A DNA stretch of 64,000 bases from Candidatus Altimarinota bacterium (lineage in GTDB: Bacteria > Patescibacteriota > Gracilibacteria > BD1-5 > UBA2023). Positions 1 to 10,699 of this stretch are shown in pieces (the stretch's first letter is position 1; each line of letters starts with the position of its first letter). Location of the stretch: positions 990 through 64,989 of the forward strand of contig JAYVJC010000042.1 in the NCBI GenBank assembly GCA_043769645.1. Direction: 5' to 3'. The notes under the pieces were generated by a model, which saw only the letters and a list, made by a program, of their open reading frames with translations, searched no databases and was not told the origin of the DNA. The position numbers were made by a program, and so were the translations under genes.

Positions 1-2530
1 CAGTGTAGGCAACGCCATTGAATTTCTCATATCCATACCCCTTCGTCCCATCCCAATCCGATATTGTCTCTCCCGAGTATGTGAGTACCGTATTGTCATT
101 CATCGTGACCGTGAATCCTACTCCGACCGTATTGACCGTGACGACTATCTCTCCGGTTGAGAACTTCGTGACATTCGTCATCACATCTCCAATATCGAGA
201 GATGAGGTCGAGACATTCCAGTCGAGCTGATCCAGGTAAAAAGTGGTAGACCCGGTTCGAGTATTTCCCTGATTATCCTTGACCGTGACGTCGAATTTGT
301 ACTTTCCAAAGGCTCTCCCTGAGGAAGTATAGATGGCAGAACCCGAATTGATAGTTGTCGCCGTCAGAACTCCAGTCTGAGTAATCCAGGTTGAAGAACC
401 CGTACTCCACTTTGCAAGGGTTCCCGTCGCGGTGGTCTGATTGATCGCGCTTCCAGTATCGGAGTAATTGAATGAGAGGGTCACCGTGTTTCCAGTAGGA
501 AGTAGTGATCCTGTGAGTGGAGAAATACTCGAAATCACGGGAGGAGTCGTATCCGCCGGAGGGGCAGAAACCGCAACCGTGAAGGTCGAGAAGGCGGTAT
601 TATTGGTATTGTCGGAATCGGAAGCATTGGTGAGTGCGACATCAAACCTGGTCGTGAGTCCTGAAGCGGCTGGTTTGGGTTGGACGATAATATTAAATGT
701 ATCACTGGCAAGGGAGGCAAGTGTCATCGACTTCGTACAAGTAACCGTCGCTCCGGAAGCGGCACCACACGACCAACTATTTGAGGTAAATGGAGTGAGT
801 GGTCCCGTCATCAGAGTGCCAGAATATGAAAAAACAATGGTATGGGTTCCTGTAGAACTCGCATTTCCCGCATTGGTGACAGTAATCGGAAGTGAGGAAT
901 CGACTCCGACCTGCATCGGGAGTGAGCTTGGAGAACCGATTCCGGGTATTGGATCTGGAACATTCGCGGCTACATACGGAAGCATGCGCCATTCAAGAGA
1001 GCCAGTACGAGTTCCGGCACCCGTTCCGAAATTCCAATTCACTCAAAAACCAAGATCTCATGAAGTCGCCTGAATTGTATTCGCAAAATCAGTTCCTCCA
1101 GTAATTCTCGAGGCAACAGTCGCATATGGACCAGCTTCGGCCGCTGTCCACATCGCTCCAGAAAGATAGCGGATAGCAGAGAGTTGATTGAGAACGCTAT
1201 CGAATACTCATACCGTTTGTGATGGTGCCGATCCTGAGTATCAGACATCATTTGCGTCCGCTCCACCAATAGTAGTATCATTTCCTATATAGAATCGCAC
1301 ATTATTGGTATTAGTCACAGGAATACTAACTGACCAGTCAATCGTAAAGTATTTATTCGGAGCGGTGTATTTCCAGTTGAGTATACCGGTATAGGTCAAT
1401 CATCCAACGACTCGAGTAAGGGTCGTAATCCCAGTATAGGTATTTCCAATTTGGCTTCCCACGGTTGTATTGGTAGACCATGCCGTAGAAGTAGTAGTGT
1501 AGGTAGCAGCTCAGTATGTCGTTGCTCCAATACGCATATTAATCCAAGTACCAAGGTTCGTAGTACATCCACTTGCTGGAGGATCCCCCTGATAAATATT
1601 GGCAGCTCCGTTGTAATAGAGCTGGAATTGTCCGCAATCTCCGATGATGAGCTTGAGATCATTGGAACCCGCAACTCCACCCGTCGTATTCATCGTATAG
1701 CTTGAAGCTCCACAGGTATAGAAAGTAATTTTTCCCCCCTTGACGGTTGCTATCGCCGAAGGCGCATCAGTCGTTCCATCGCTATTACAGTGTGAATTGG
1801 CATCTGTGCTGAGACCCATAGTAGAGTAATCAGCATCTCCGGTATGTTTGACTAAGATATCGAGAAAGGTTCCATCTCGAAAATCAGCATCCATTGTCAC
1901 CTTGACGGGCTTCGAGAAGAGGAGATGCTCGCCAGGAATCCCGAACTCGAAATTTTTTGATTCATCTGGCGTAAATTTGATAGCTTCACCCGCAAATACT
2001 TCGCTCGGACGGAGTACATCGGCAATCATATCGAGCCAGGAGAATTTTTTCGGAGTGATACGCTTCCCCTGTCGAGTCCGTTCACTCTGATAGACCTTCA
2101 TAGAGCGCTTAGCAGATATTTTTTCTTCATCAGAAAGGTCTCGAACCGCAAGTAGTGATGGATCAATTACATCCCCACTCGCTGACTGTATTTCCACTCC
2201 CGCTGGGAATTCGACCGAGAGATTATTCTTCGCAAGGGAACCACTACTCATCACAAGTCTCCCTGATTTTTCGAGGTGGACTTTTTTCGATTTCTGGAGG
2301 TATCCGAAAATAAGCGATGATTCGCGCTTCTCCTCCTGGATAGAGGGAAGCTGATCCAGGACCGTATCATCGATCGATTCCACACTCGAGTAGGTTTCCA
2401 TCTCGGTACTCGGAAGCTCATCGAGGGAGTGCTCATACGCAAAAGCTGACTCCAAAGGAAGTGTCACATCCATACAAAATACTGCGACAATAATGGTGAG
2501 CGAGATGCAGCGACGGACGACTCCTTTCAT
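1..2530 (-). CDS. Large secreted cell-surface repeat protein (N-terminal ~840 aa in window; C-terminus runs off the window start)
   Basis: Track ORF 1511..2530 has a signal-peptide-like N-terminus (MKGVVRRCISLTIIVAVF) and ends at a TGA. The same frame stays open toward position 1, with only TGA and no TAA/TAG in the stretches I translated by hand (722-900, 1202-1510). The sequence is Thr/Ser/Gly/Asn-rich. Around 720-880 it reads PITVTNAGNASSTGTHTIVFSYSG...NSWSCGAASGATVTCT, the pattern of DUF11/CARDB-like Ig-fold surface repeats. Confidence 0.65.
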
Positions 2531-2828
2531 AAAAATTTATTTTTGTTCTTGAGTCAATTTTAGCACAATAGCCAGAGAAAAAACAGAAAATCAGCTTGTA
2601 GTAATCTATAGAATATTCGTAATATAGAATATCGGTCGATTTCCCTTGACTTTCCCTTTGGAAGGAGGATACTACGCAAACAAAAAGTTCGAAAAAACCT
2701 CGACTTTCCATTTCAGAAAAGATCCCGTCTTCCCATTCTTCCTAAGCTGCAAATCAGCTCATCAGCTTTTTCCTTCCCAGCATCCCAGTAAACTAGCCAA
2801 TCAACATTCAAATTATAGCATCGACTGG

Positions 2829-2851
2829 ATTCCCGTTTTCACGGGAATGAC
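2829..2851. repeat. REP-like hairpin ATTCCCGTTTTCACGGGAATGAC (family copy)
   Basis: Inverted repeat TTCCCG-loop-CGGGAA followed by TGAC. Near-identical copies occur in either orientation at 40013-40035, 40131-40153 and 42435-42457. All copies are intergenic. Confidence 0.8.
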
Positions 2852-2978
2852 AGAACCAGCTAACCAGCCAACTTGCAAACTAGCCTTCCCTCCCCTCCCA
2901 GCATCCCAGCTTACCAGCTCCCTCTTCCCAACATCCCAGCTTAACCAACCTTCCTAATCTCCCAACCTTCCTACTTCT

Positions 2979-4049
2979 ATGCGTTTTACCCTCACCTGCC
3001 AGTCATGACTCGAATCCCTCGTCCGACGAGAAACCGAACGACTCTGACTCACCGAACTCTCTGGTAGAGATCGAATGGTTTCGGCATCTGGAAGCGAGAA
3101 AAATATGTATGAACTCCTGATTTGGAGTCGATTTGCCAATCGCGTCTATCTCAATCTTCTGGAAGAGAAAATAGTGGATTTTGATGATTTATTTCGAAAG
3201 GTCTATGCTCTTGATTGGCAGAGATTTCTCGGCTCCGAGCTCCGGTATATCGTCGATGCTTCGAGTACTCGTTCTGTCCTCTCGAGTACTCCAGCTCTCC
3301 AGTCCGTCACGGAGCGAGCGATACAGGGAAAGCTCTCAAGAGACAATGGAAAATCTGAGGCTGAGATCCATGTCCTCGTCCTCGTCATCGATGATACCGT
3401 CCAAGTCCTCCTCGATATCACTGGAGAAGCCCTCCATAAACGAGGGTACCGACGAGAAGCTGGAGAAGCTCCTATCAAGGAAAATCTCGCCGCGGCCCTC
3501 GTCGCCTTCTCAGGGTGGAGGTATCGTGAATCCCTCCTTGACCCCTTCGCCGGGAGTGGGACCATCCCGATCGAGGCCGCGATGATGGCACGTAATATCG
3601 CTCCAGGACTCGAGCGGACCTTCCGCATCGAAGACCTCCCCTTCTACAGTATCGCGCTCCTTCGAGAATCCAAACTCGATGCGAAAGCAAAACAATACCC
3701 CAGTGGAGACTATACGCTCTTCGCTTCGGATATCGATACTGGGATGCTCGATATCGCTCGAGAGAATGCGAGGCGAGCTGGAGTCCTCGGTGATATCACA
3801 TTTGAAGCTCGGGATTTTCTCTCAACGGCAAGCCTTTCAAATACGAAATCTACCATCGTCACCAATCCTCCGTACGGAAAACGAATGGGAGGAGACCATC
3901 TTGAGGAAATATATATGAAACTTATTTCAGAAATCGCAGAAAATGGTGGTGGTTTTATCACCTCCTATGAACTTCTGAAGGATCACCACCTCGCCAATAA
4001 AAAACTCCTCAATGGAAATGAGGAGTGTCGGTTCTGGTATAGGAAATAG
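2979..4049 (+). CDS. THUMP-domain SAM-dependent RNA methyltransferase (RlmL/RlmK, COG0116-like)
   Basis: Track ORF 3075..4049 extends in frame (2 TGA=Gly) to ATG 2979. This gives a THUMP-type N-terminus MRFTLTCQSGLESLVRRETERLGL. DPFAGSGTIPIEA (SAM motif I) and NPPYG (motif IV) are present. Confidence 0.85.
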
Positions 4050-4261
4050 GCAATGTGTAGTTTCTTGATACTCTTATTTCTTGATTCTATGAGTGACAGT
4101 TTTTTTATAGAAAAAAGTATTGAAATAAAAACTTGTAGGTATTTTTAAAAGTCACAAAACAAAGTTTACATTTGATTTTCCTGAGAGAATTGATACTGTT
4201 ATTCTGGATTTCTGATTTGTACTAAAGTATACCTTCCGAGTTTAAGAATTTATTCATAAAT

Positions 4262-5725
4262 ATGAAGACAGCACTTGTGATATGATCTGGCATAAGTGGA
4301 CTGGCTATCGCTTGTTATCTTGCGAAGGCAGGCTATAAGGTGCAGCTATATGAGAAAAATAATCAACTCTGATGACGATCTGGCCTCTTCCAAGAAGCAT
4401 CATATACCTTCGATATGTGACCTTCATGGTATCTTATGCCTGAGATATTTGAAGAATTTTTTTCATATTTTTGAAAGAAAACATCTGACTACTATACGAG
4501 CGAAAAGCTTCATCCAGCATATCGGATATTTTTCTCTGATCAGGATTTTGTAGATATATCGACGAAACTCGAAGATAATATAGAGCTTTTTGAGATTCTA
4601 GAGCCATGAGCATGAGAAAGACTATTAGAATATATATCTATCGCAAAAGAGGAGTATGAAGTAGCAATAGGATCTTTGATCCAGAAGAATTATGATTCAT
4701 TCAGTGATTTATTTTCACTGAAGGGTCTCCGATTTATAGCAAAATTCAAAAATTTCATAAGCTATGAGTCATATGTAAGAAAATATTTCTCATCACCGAA
4801 ACTCCAGAAAATTCTCCTCTATACCTCTGTTTTTCTTGGCTGAAGTCCGAAAAATACACCCGCACTCTACTCACTCATCAACCACTGTGACTTCAATGAT
4901 GGGGTATACTTCCCAAAAGGCTGAATATATTCTCTAGTTCAAGCATTCGTATCTCTCGCAGAGGAGCTCTGAGTAGAGATGCATACGAATAGAGAAGTGA
5001 AGAAAATAATGATAGAAGATGGGAGAGCTCTATGAATAGAGCTCGAATCATGAGAAATACTCTGAAGTATCGTGGTATCAAGTGGCGACTATCACTATGC
5101 AGACCAGGTACTCATAGATCCAAAATATAGACAGTATACGCAGAAACAGTGGGATTCTATGACGCTTTCACCGAGTGGATTTATACTGTATCTCGGGATA
5201 CATAAGAAAATCCCAGCATTGCAGCATCATACGTTATTCTTTGATCCTGATTGGGATAATCATTTTGATTCTATATATAAGGATAAAACTCTTTGTGAGA
5301 CTCCCTCATACTATGTATCTTGCGTGAGTAAGACTGATACTTCAGTTGCTCCAGCTTGATGTGAAGCAGTATTTATTTTTGTGCCTACTGCTACATGACT
5401 CAAGCTGAGTGAGTGAGAGAAAAACAAGTATGCAGATAAGATTATCTCTGGACTTTCTCGAGCCATCTGAGAAGATCTTGCATGATGTATAGATATGCGG
5501 AGGATATACACCGGAGATGATTTTTCGAAGGATTATTTTGCCTTTGGAGGCAATGCTCTGGGTCTTGCCCATACTTTTAGGCAGACACTGACACTCAGAC
5601 CCAAGAATAAACATCCGAAAGTTTCTTGACTCTATTTCACTGGACACTATACAACGCCTGGAACGGGTATGCCGATGGTACTTATCTCATCGAAACTCGT
5701 AAAAGATAAAATTTTAGCAGACTAA
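4262..5725 (+). CDS. crtI: Phytoene desaturase
   Basis: ATG at 4262; the frame is open to TAA 5723-5725 with about 13 in-frame TGA. The N-terminus is MKTALVIGSGISGLAIACYLAKAGYKVQLYEKNNQLGGR...FDMGPSWY (FAD Rossmann fold plus CrtI signature, with TGA on the conserved Gly). Track ORF 5072..5359 is the middle of the gene. The C-terminus reads GLYFTGHYTTPGTGMPMVL. Confidence 0.9.
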
Positions 5726-5735
5726 TACATCTACT

Positions 5736-6575
5736 ATGGGTGCCCTACAACAATCTCTCTTCAAAAAATCTTCAAAAACCTTTTATTATAGTACTCTATT
5801 TTTCCCGAAGTATATTCGATCAGATATACATGATCTCTACGCATTTGTAAGAACAGCTGATGACTATGTGGATACTCTGCCTCAGGATAGAGAAGCATTT
5901 TATCGATTTCGTAATAATTCACTCTCGGCCCTCGATCATCCAGATACGCGATCTCATGATCCTATCATTGCTTGATTCGTCGATGTATATAAGAAGTATG
6001 ATTTCAGGAAAGAGTGGGTAGAGTCTTTCTTACAGGCGATGGAGTCAGATCTATCGGTCGTATCTATGACTGATGGAGAAGCGCTAGAGAAATATATGTA
6101 TGGGAGTGCTGCCGTAGTATGATATATGATGTGTGCTATATTTTCTATAGATGATCCCGATAGCCTCTATGCTGCAAAAATGCTCGCATACTCTATGCAG
6201 TGTATAAATTTCATACGCGATGTCGCTGAAGACAATGAACTCGGAAGAAAGTATCTTTATGATATCGGCGGCATACGCCATAGTTGACTGATTATTCAAG
6301 ATGAATATTTATCTCCATTTATAGATCTCCACCTGAAAAACTATTATGCGTATCTCCGCAAAGCACAGGCATGACTCTATGATCTCCCTCTTGCCTTCAG
6401 GGTACCAGTCCTCACAGCAAGCGATATGTACGCATGGACTGCCAGAGAGATAGAGAAGAATCCATCTGTTATCTTCAAAAGAAAAATAAAACCTACAAAG
6501 GGGCAAATTATGATCCATGCAATACGGAACTTTATAGTAGAGTGAGTATGACTTACTCGTTTGATGAAATCATAG
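5736..6575 (+). CDS. crtB: Phytoene synthase
   Basis: Track ORF 5736..5975 continues in frame (5 TGA) to TAG 6573-6575. Squalene/phytoene synthase Asp-rich motifs YAFVRTADDYVD and NFIRDVAEDNELGRKY are present. Confidence 0.9.
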
Positions 6576-6663
6576 AGTGCAAAAAAATCATCTGACCTCT
6601 AGGTTCACCTAAGATGGATTATTTATTAGAATTTGTAGCAGAGTGAACGAGATAAAAATCATT

Positions 6664-7500
6664 CTAGATTTTTATCCTCCTATACATCCTGTGCATCGTG
6701 ATAACATGAGGAAAACTCAAGCAGGCTATAAAAATAAAAAATAATCCCCACTGTGAGTAGGCATCGCTATAATTCGTAAGAGGCCAAAAAAAATAAAATA
6801 ATCCTCATATAATCCAAGCACCTACATGAAATGGAAGCGACTGTAACCAAATATCTTTACTCTCTGTATGAAGGTATATTTTTAGGTGTTTCCAGCCTGT
6901 GAGGCTATGTTGTCCGATAAAGTATATGCCAAATGCGAATAATAGAGGAATTTGACTCGAGAGTATGAGAAAGATTATAGTAAGAAACAGTGAGAACTGT
7001 TTCCTATATATCGCCCAGAGGAGCCAAGGGGTCAAAAACCAAACTGGAATAGCAAATAGGAGTGGAAGACTGCCAATAGAAGTGAGAATGGTATTCGTCT
7101 CATCGAAGTGTGTCCCGAGGATATATACGAGCACAGAGATACCCCAAAGGAGTGAAGTCATACAGTCGAAATCCCAACTCTTTCCATCTGCTTCTCCAAA
7201 ATGCCACATAGAATAGAGTAGGAATACGATAAGTGCTATTTGTGGTATCCAGAGCCATAGTATTCCCATCATTAGAGCAAGGAGAAGATATCTCAAGATA
7301 AATATCGGTGCTTTTCTCTGATTCCATAAACCCGCTCCGAGTAAATGATCGACCGCCCCATGTGGTATACCTACCGTGATCATCCCGAGAGCAAATAATA
7401 TGAATCCTATCTCAGTCTGGAAAGAGGTATACTGTCCAAGAAGTATGAAAAACAGAGTTATAAGTATCAGTACTGACGGTCGAAACCATGGAGAGCTCAT
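6664..7500 (-). CDS. blh: Brp/Blh-family beta-carotene 15,15'-dioxygenase (retinal synthesis)
   Basis: Track ORF 6805..7500 continues past TGA 6805-6807 to TAG 6664-6666 (278 aa). It is a multi-TM protein with His motifs GIPHGAVDH, MWHFGEAD, IGQHS and SFPHV, as in Brp/Blh enzymes. It lies between crtY and crtB, close to a rhodopsin gene. Confidence 0.8.
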
Positions 7501-7518
7501 AATTTTTTTAGAGAGAAC

Positions 7519-8682
7519 TCAGAGAAATGGTTTCCAAGGTAACTGGTAAAAAATAGATATTTCTTCGCGTATATTTGTTTTCTCATCCAGGAATTTGAGT
7601 GTTTTCTGGATATCTATTTTTTGGAGCAATGTCATAAAGATAGACTTGCCATACTCTGGAGTATTTTTTAGGATATCTAAAAGGAGAGAATCATACCATG
7701 TGAAACGACTTTGTAGAATCGCTCTATACTCTCTACTCGGTATATCCATAGTTTCACTTTTCTTGAGAGCTAGAGCAATGTCGAAAGCCTGACGATACAT
7801 ATTCTTGAAGGCATACCCCGTACTTGCCTTGATATTATAGTTTCTTGCCCCGATATTTATGACGCCTTGTATGCTTTCGTTTTGGATCCTCCTCTGAGTC
7901 ATGGGGATACATCCTATTTCGATATCGATTCGCCTGAATGCTCCGTACGATTTCTGGATATATTTTTTTAAGATTATTTCTGCTTCTCGAGTCTCGATAG
8001 CGAGTTCACCAAAACGTGTCACTTCTACTAAGGCTCTCGTAGGAGAAAAAGGGAGTACATAAACAAACTGTGTACATCCTTGTTGTTCTATATCAAAATC
8101 CATAAATCGAAAAACCTCAGGATCTATGATATCACCATCGGTCTCGATCATCCAGCCTACGAAACTCTGGAGGATATGCGGTGTTCCAGTTTTTAGCGCC
8201 TCGTATGAGGGAGTACGTGAATCAAAGACTCTATCTCCTCTCACTTTTATATCATTTAGTTCTACAAAAATCCCTTCATCATTTCTAGAAATATGAGTTA
8301 TAGGATGTATGAGTATATCCCATCTATGAATCTTTATAAGTTCTTCGATCTTATGATAGAGATCACTACTATCGATATGATGGTATGAGAGGGGTGAGAG
8401 ATTTATGGGTTCTTGAGTACAGAGCTCAAGCTTATCCCATGACTTTGTGATGAGATCTTTCAGATGGAGGGAAATAGGCTCATCTGCATACGACCAAAAA
8501 CAAAAAGTTTTATCTTTTCTATTTTTCTCCTCTTTATCTATAAGCAGTACTTTTTTACTCGTCAGAAGGCCATTTCGAAAGAGTTCTAAGATCAAGAGTG
8601 AAGTAGAAGCACCCATGCCACAAAATATATAATCATATTTTGAAATATTTTTTTCTCATATTTGCAGCTTATTTTTTCTCAT
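7519..8682 (-). CDS. crtY: Lycopene beta-cyclase (FAD-dependent CrtY type); its terminal codon is TGA, in frame with blh
   Basis: Track ORF 7519..8616 is extended to ATG 8680-8682 so that the dinucleotide-binding motif KYDYIFCGMGAS is included. Length (~387 aa) and context fit CrtY. The end at 7519-7521 is a TGA, a sense codon under table 25, followed by 6 codons and the blh ATG in the same frame. Confidence 0.8.
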
Positions 8683-8863
8683 TATACTTATAAAAAGCTT
8701 ATAAAACTCATCTCAAATAAAACGATAGAATCCTACAGTTTCTAAGAGAAATGATCAGTTCTTATGAAGTATATCGATTTTTTAAAAAAGCAAAAATATA
8801 CTGCAATTTTTCGCACGTAAGGCTAGAAAAATACTATTGTAAAGGAAAAGTGTATATAAAAAC

Positions 8864-8891
8864 TTGAGTAAAAAAATATATTCATTAATAT
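8864..8891 (+). promoter_or_regulatory. Candidate sigma70-type promoter for the rhodopsin gene
   Basis: TTGAGT, a 16-nt spacer, then TAATAT, about 35 nt upstream of ATG 8925. Pattern match only. Confidence 0.25.
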
Positions 8892-8924
8892 TATATTGTT
8901 TTATTCTTTATCCTTTTCTTTCCT

Positions 8925-9674
8925 ATGGACATCACAGTAGCGCAATTCGACTTGGTATACAATGCCTTCTCATTTGCCTTAGCGGGTATGGGTGCAGCGA
9001 CTCTCTTCCTCTGGCTCGAGCGATCTCAAGTCGCTCCACAGTATCGTACCGCGCTCACTATCTCTGGACTCGTGACGGCGATAGCGACATATCACTATTT
9101 CCGTATTTTCAATAGCTGGGATGCATCCTATTCGGTGGTAAATGGAGTCATCGCATCGACAGGACATGCTTTCAATCATGCATATCGATATGTAGACTGG
9201 CTTCTCACTGTACCTCTTCTTCTCGTAGAACTCCTACTCGTGATGAGCCTATCGAAGAAGGAAACATATTCAAAAGCACTTTGGTTCGGACTCATGGCAG
9301 CGATCATGGTCATCCTCGGGTATCCTGGAGAAACTTCTACTGATATGTCTACGAAGCTTCTGTGGTGGGTTCTTAGTATGATACCATTTGTCTATCTTGT
9401 GTTTCAGCTCTTCGTCGGACTCAGTGATTCTATCAAGTCTCAGCCGGTAGGAGTAAAAGGCCTCATAGTGACAGCACGATGGATCATCCTCGCTACTTGG
9501 TGTTTCTATCCTATAGTCTATATCCTTCCTCTTATCGGATTTAGCGGTGGGGATGCTGATGTTGCAGTACAAGTCGGATATACGATAGCGGATCTTCTCG
9601 CAAAAGCGGTATTTGGTATATATATCTACTTCATCGCCGTACACAAGTCTGAGGGATGAGTTCATAAAGCGTAG
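8925..9674 (+). CDS. Microbial type-1 rhodopsin, proteorhodopsin-like outward proton pump (DTE motif)
   Basis: Track ORF 8925..9659, then TGA plus 4 codons to TAG 9672-9674. Seven hydrophobic helices. Helix C RYVDWLLTVPLLLVEL aligns with proteorhodopsin RYIDWLLTVPLLICEF (D91/T95/E102). Leu99 sits at the spectral tuning site (green type). Helix B TYHYF carries the conserved His. Helix G TIADLLAKAVFG carries Schiff-base Lys227 (codon 9603-9605). Confidence 0.9.
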
Positions 9675-9723
9675 AACTAAATACTATGCATAGCATAATA
9701 GTCAAGCCGGTGTAAAATCATAA

Positions 9724-9758
9724 AAACCAGTGAGTCTGATGACTTCATTGGTTTTTTT
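9724..9758 (+). terminator. Intrinsic terminator downstream of the rhodopsin gene
   Basis: AAACCAGTGA-loop-TCATTGGTTT stem (10 bp including one G-T pair) followed by a T7 run. Confidence 0.7.
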
Positions 9759-9790
9759 AAAAAACTGATACCCGTATCTGAATCATAAGT

Positions 9791-9826
9791 AAAAAAACCT
9801 CTCAGGACCCTGAGAGGTTTGATTTT
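9791..9826. terminator. Bidirectional hairpin terminator
   Basis: Perfect 11-bp stem AAACCTCTCAG / CTGAGAGGTTT with a 4-nt loop. It has an A-run on the 5' side and a T-rich 3' side. Confidence 0.6.
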
Positions 9827-10130
9827 GGTATAAGAAAAACTAGCCTCCAATAAAAAAACCATCTTGATCTGGCTCCGAATTTGGATTTCAAGAAACGATA
9901 TCATCTTTTACTCATCTACAACCAAGAATCCTATCAAAAGCTTGTAAACGAAGCTGCCGAGCAAGATCTGGATTATGTCAGTATCGAATATCTATGGCAT
10001 GATAAACACTAGAAAGATGTGGACCTCAGTCTGGTTTTTCCATTGTTTGATGAGTTATATAAATCTCATAGTAGACTTTTTCATTTAATTTCAAGTAATT
10101 TTTTATTTTATAATCTTATAGAATAGGGCT

Positions 10131-10481
10131 CTATAACAGATTCACTCCGAATTTCCTCATAACAATTGCCAAGGAGAGAAAAAGAATAATCGTAAGCAAG
10201 GCGGAAGCTATAAGGGCCCAGGTGAACCCGAGTTTTGTGAGGAGCGTCGGGAATAAGTAAAACATCGGGAGCGTCGGAAGCACGTACCAGAAGGTATAGT
10301 ACGCATGATTCGATATCTTCTCGAGTGGCGTCTTCTCTACGTACATCCAGATCATCACGAGGATGGTGACAAGAGGTAGTGAGGCGATAAGCGCTCCGAC
10401 TCGATCATATCGCTTCGCGACTTCGGAGATGAAGACCACCATACCAGCAGTGAGGAGGTACTTGAAGAGAAGGTAGTACAT
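10131..10481 (-). CDS. DUF3147-family small membrane protein
   Basis: Track ORF of 116 aa with a true TAG stop and four hydrophobic segments. The sequence (..VSEVAKRYDRVGALIASLPLVTILVMIWMY..FWYVLPTLPMF..) matches my recollection of DUF3147 proteins. Confidence 0.6.
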   Translation of the reverse strand: MYYLLFKYLLTAGMVVFISEVAKRYDRVGALIASLPLVTILVMIWMYVEKTPLEKISNHAYYTFWYVLPTLPMFYLFPTLLTKLGFTWALIASALLTIILFLSLAIVMRKFGVNLL

Positions 10482-10546
10482 ACTGTATAATTATTTAGGG
10501 GTAATTCCTTCTATTATATAGGAAAAGCGATATCTGCGAAAATAAT

Positions 10547-10577
10547 CCCTCTCTTTTCGGAGAGGGTTAATTTTTTT
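10547..10577. repeat. CCCTCTC-loop-GAGAGGG hairpin element with T-run
   Basis: Stem CCCTCTC / GAGAGGG followed by TTAATTTTTTT. The same hairpin core occurs twice inside lysS (30894-30916, 30939-30961). Confidence 0.6.
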
Positions 10578-10699
10578 ACTGATAGCCGGTTGGAGGGGAA
10601 AATTCAAAAAGTTACTAGATTATTTCTTAAATCTTTATTAAAAATAATTTGACTTTTATAATAATAATTTATAATAAATATATATTAATTCTTTCAAAT

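Noticed and set aside
2646-2957. 103-aa track ORF (..SIDWIPVFTGMTEPANQPTC..). ORFs 42395..42662 are similar.
   Set aside because: It is a translation of REP-like hairpins and CTTCCCAGC/AACCAGC word repeats in an intergenic spacer. The same 'peptides' recur wherever the repeats occur.
9841-10013. Small plus-strand ORF fragment (..SYQKLVNEAAEQDLDYVSIEYLWHDKH).
   Set aside because: It has no ATG/GTG start in frame after the preceding TAA. It could be a gene remnant, but I cannot support it as a feature.
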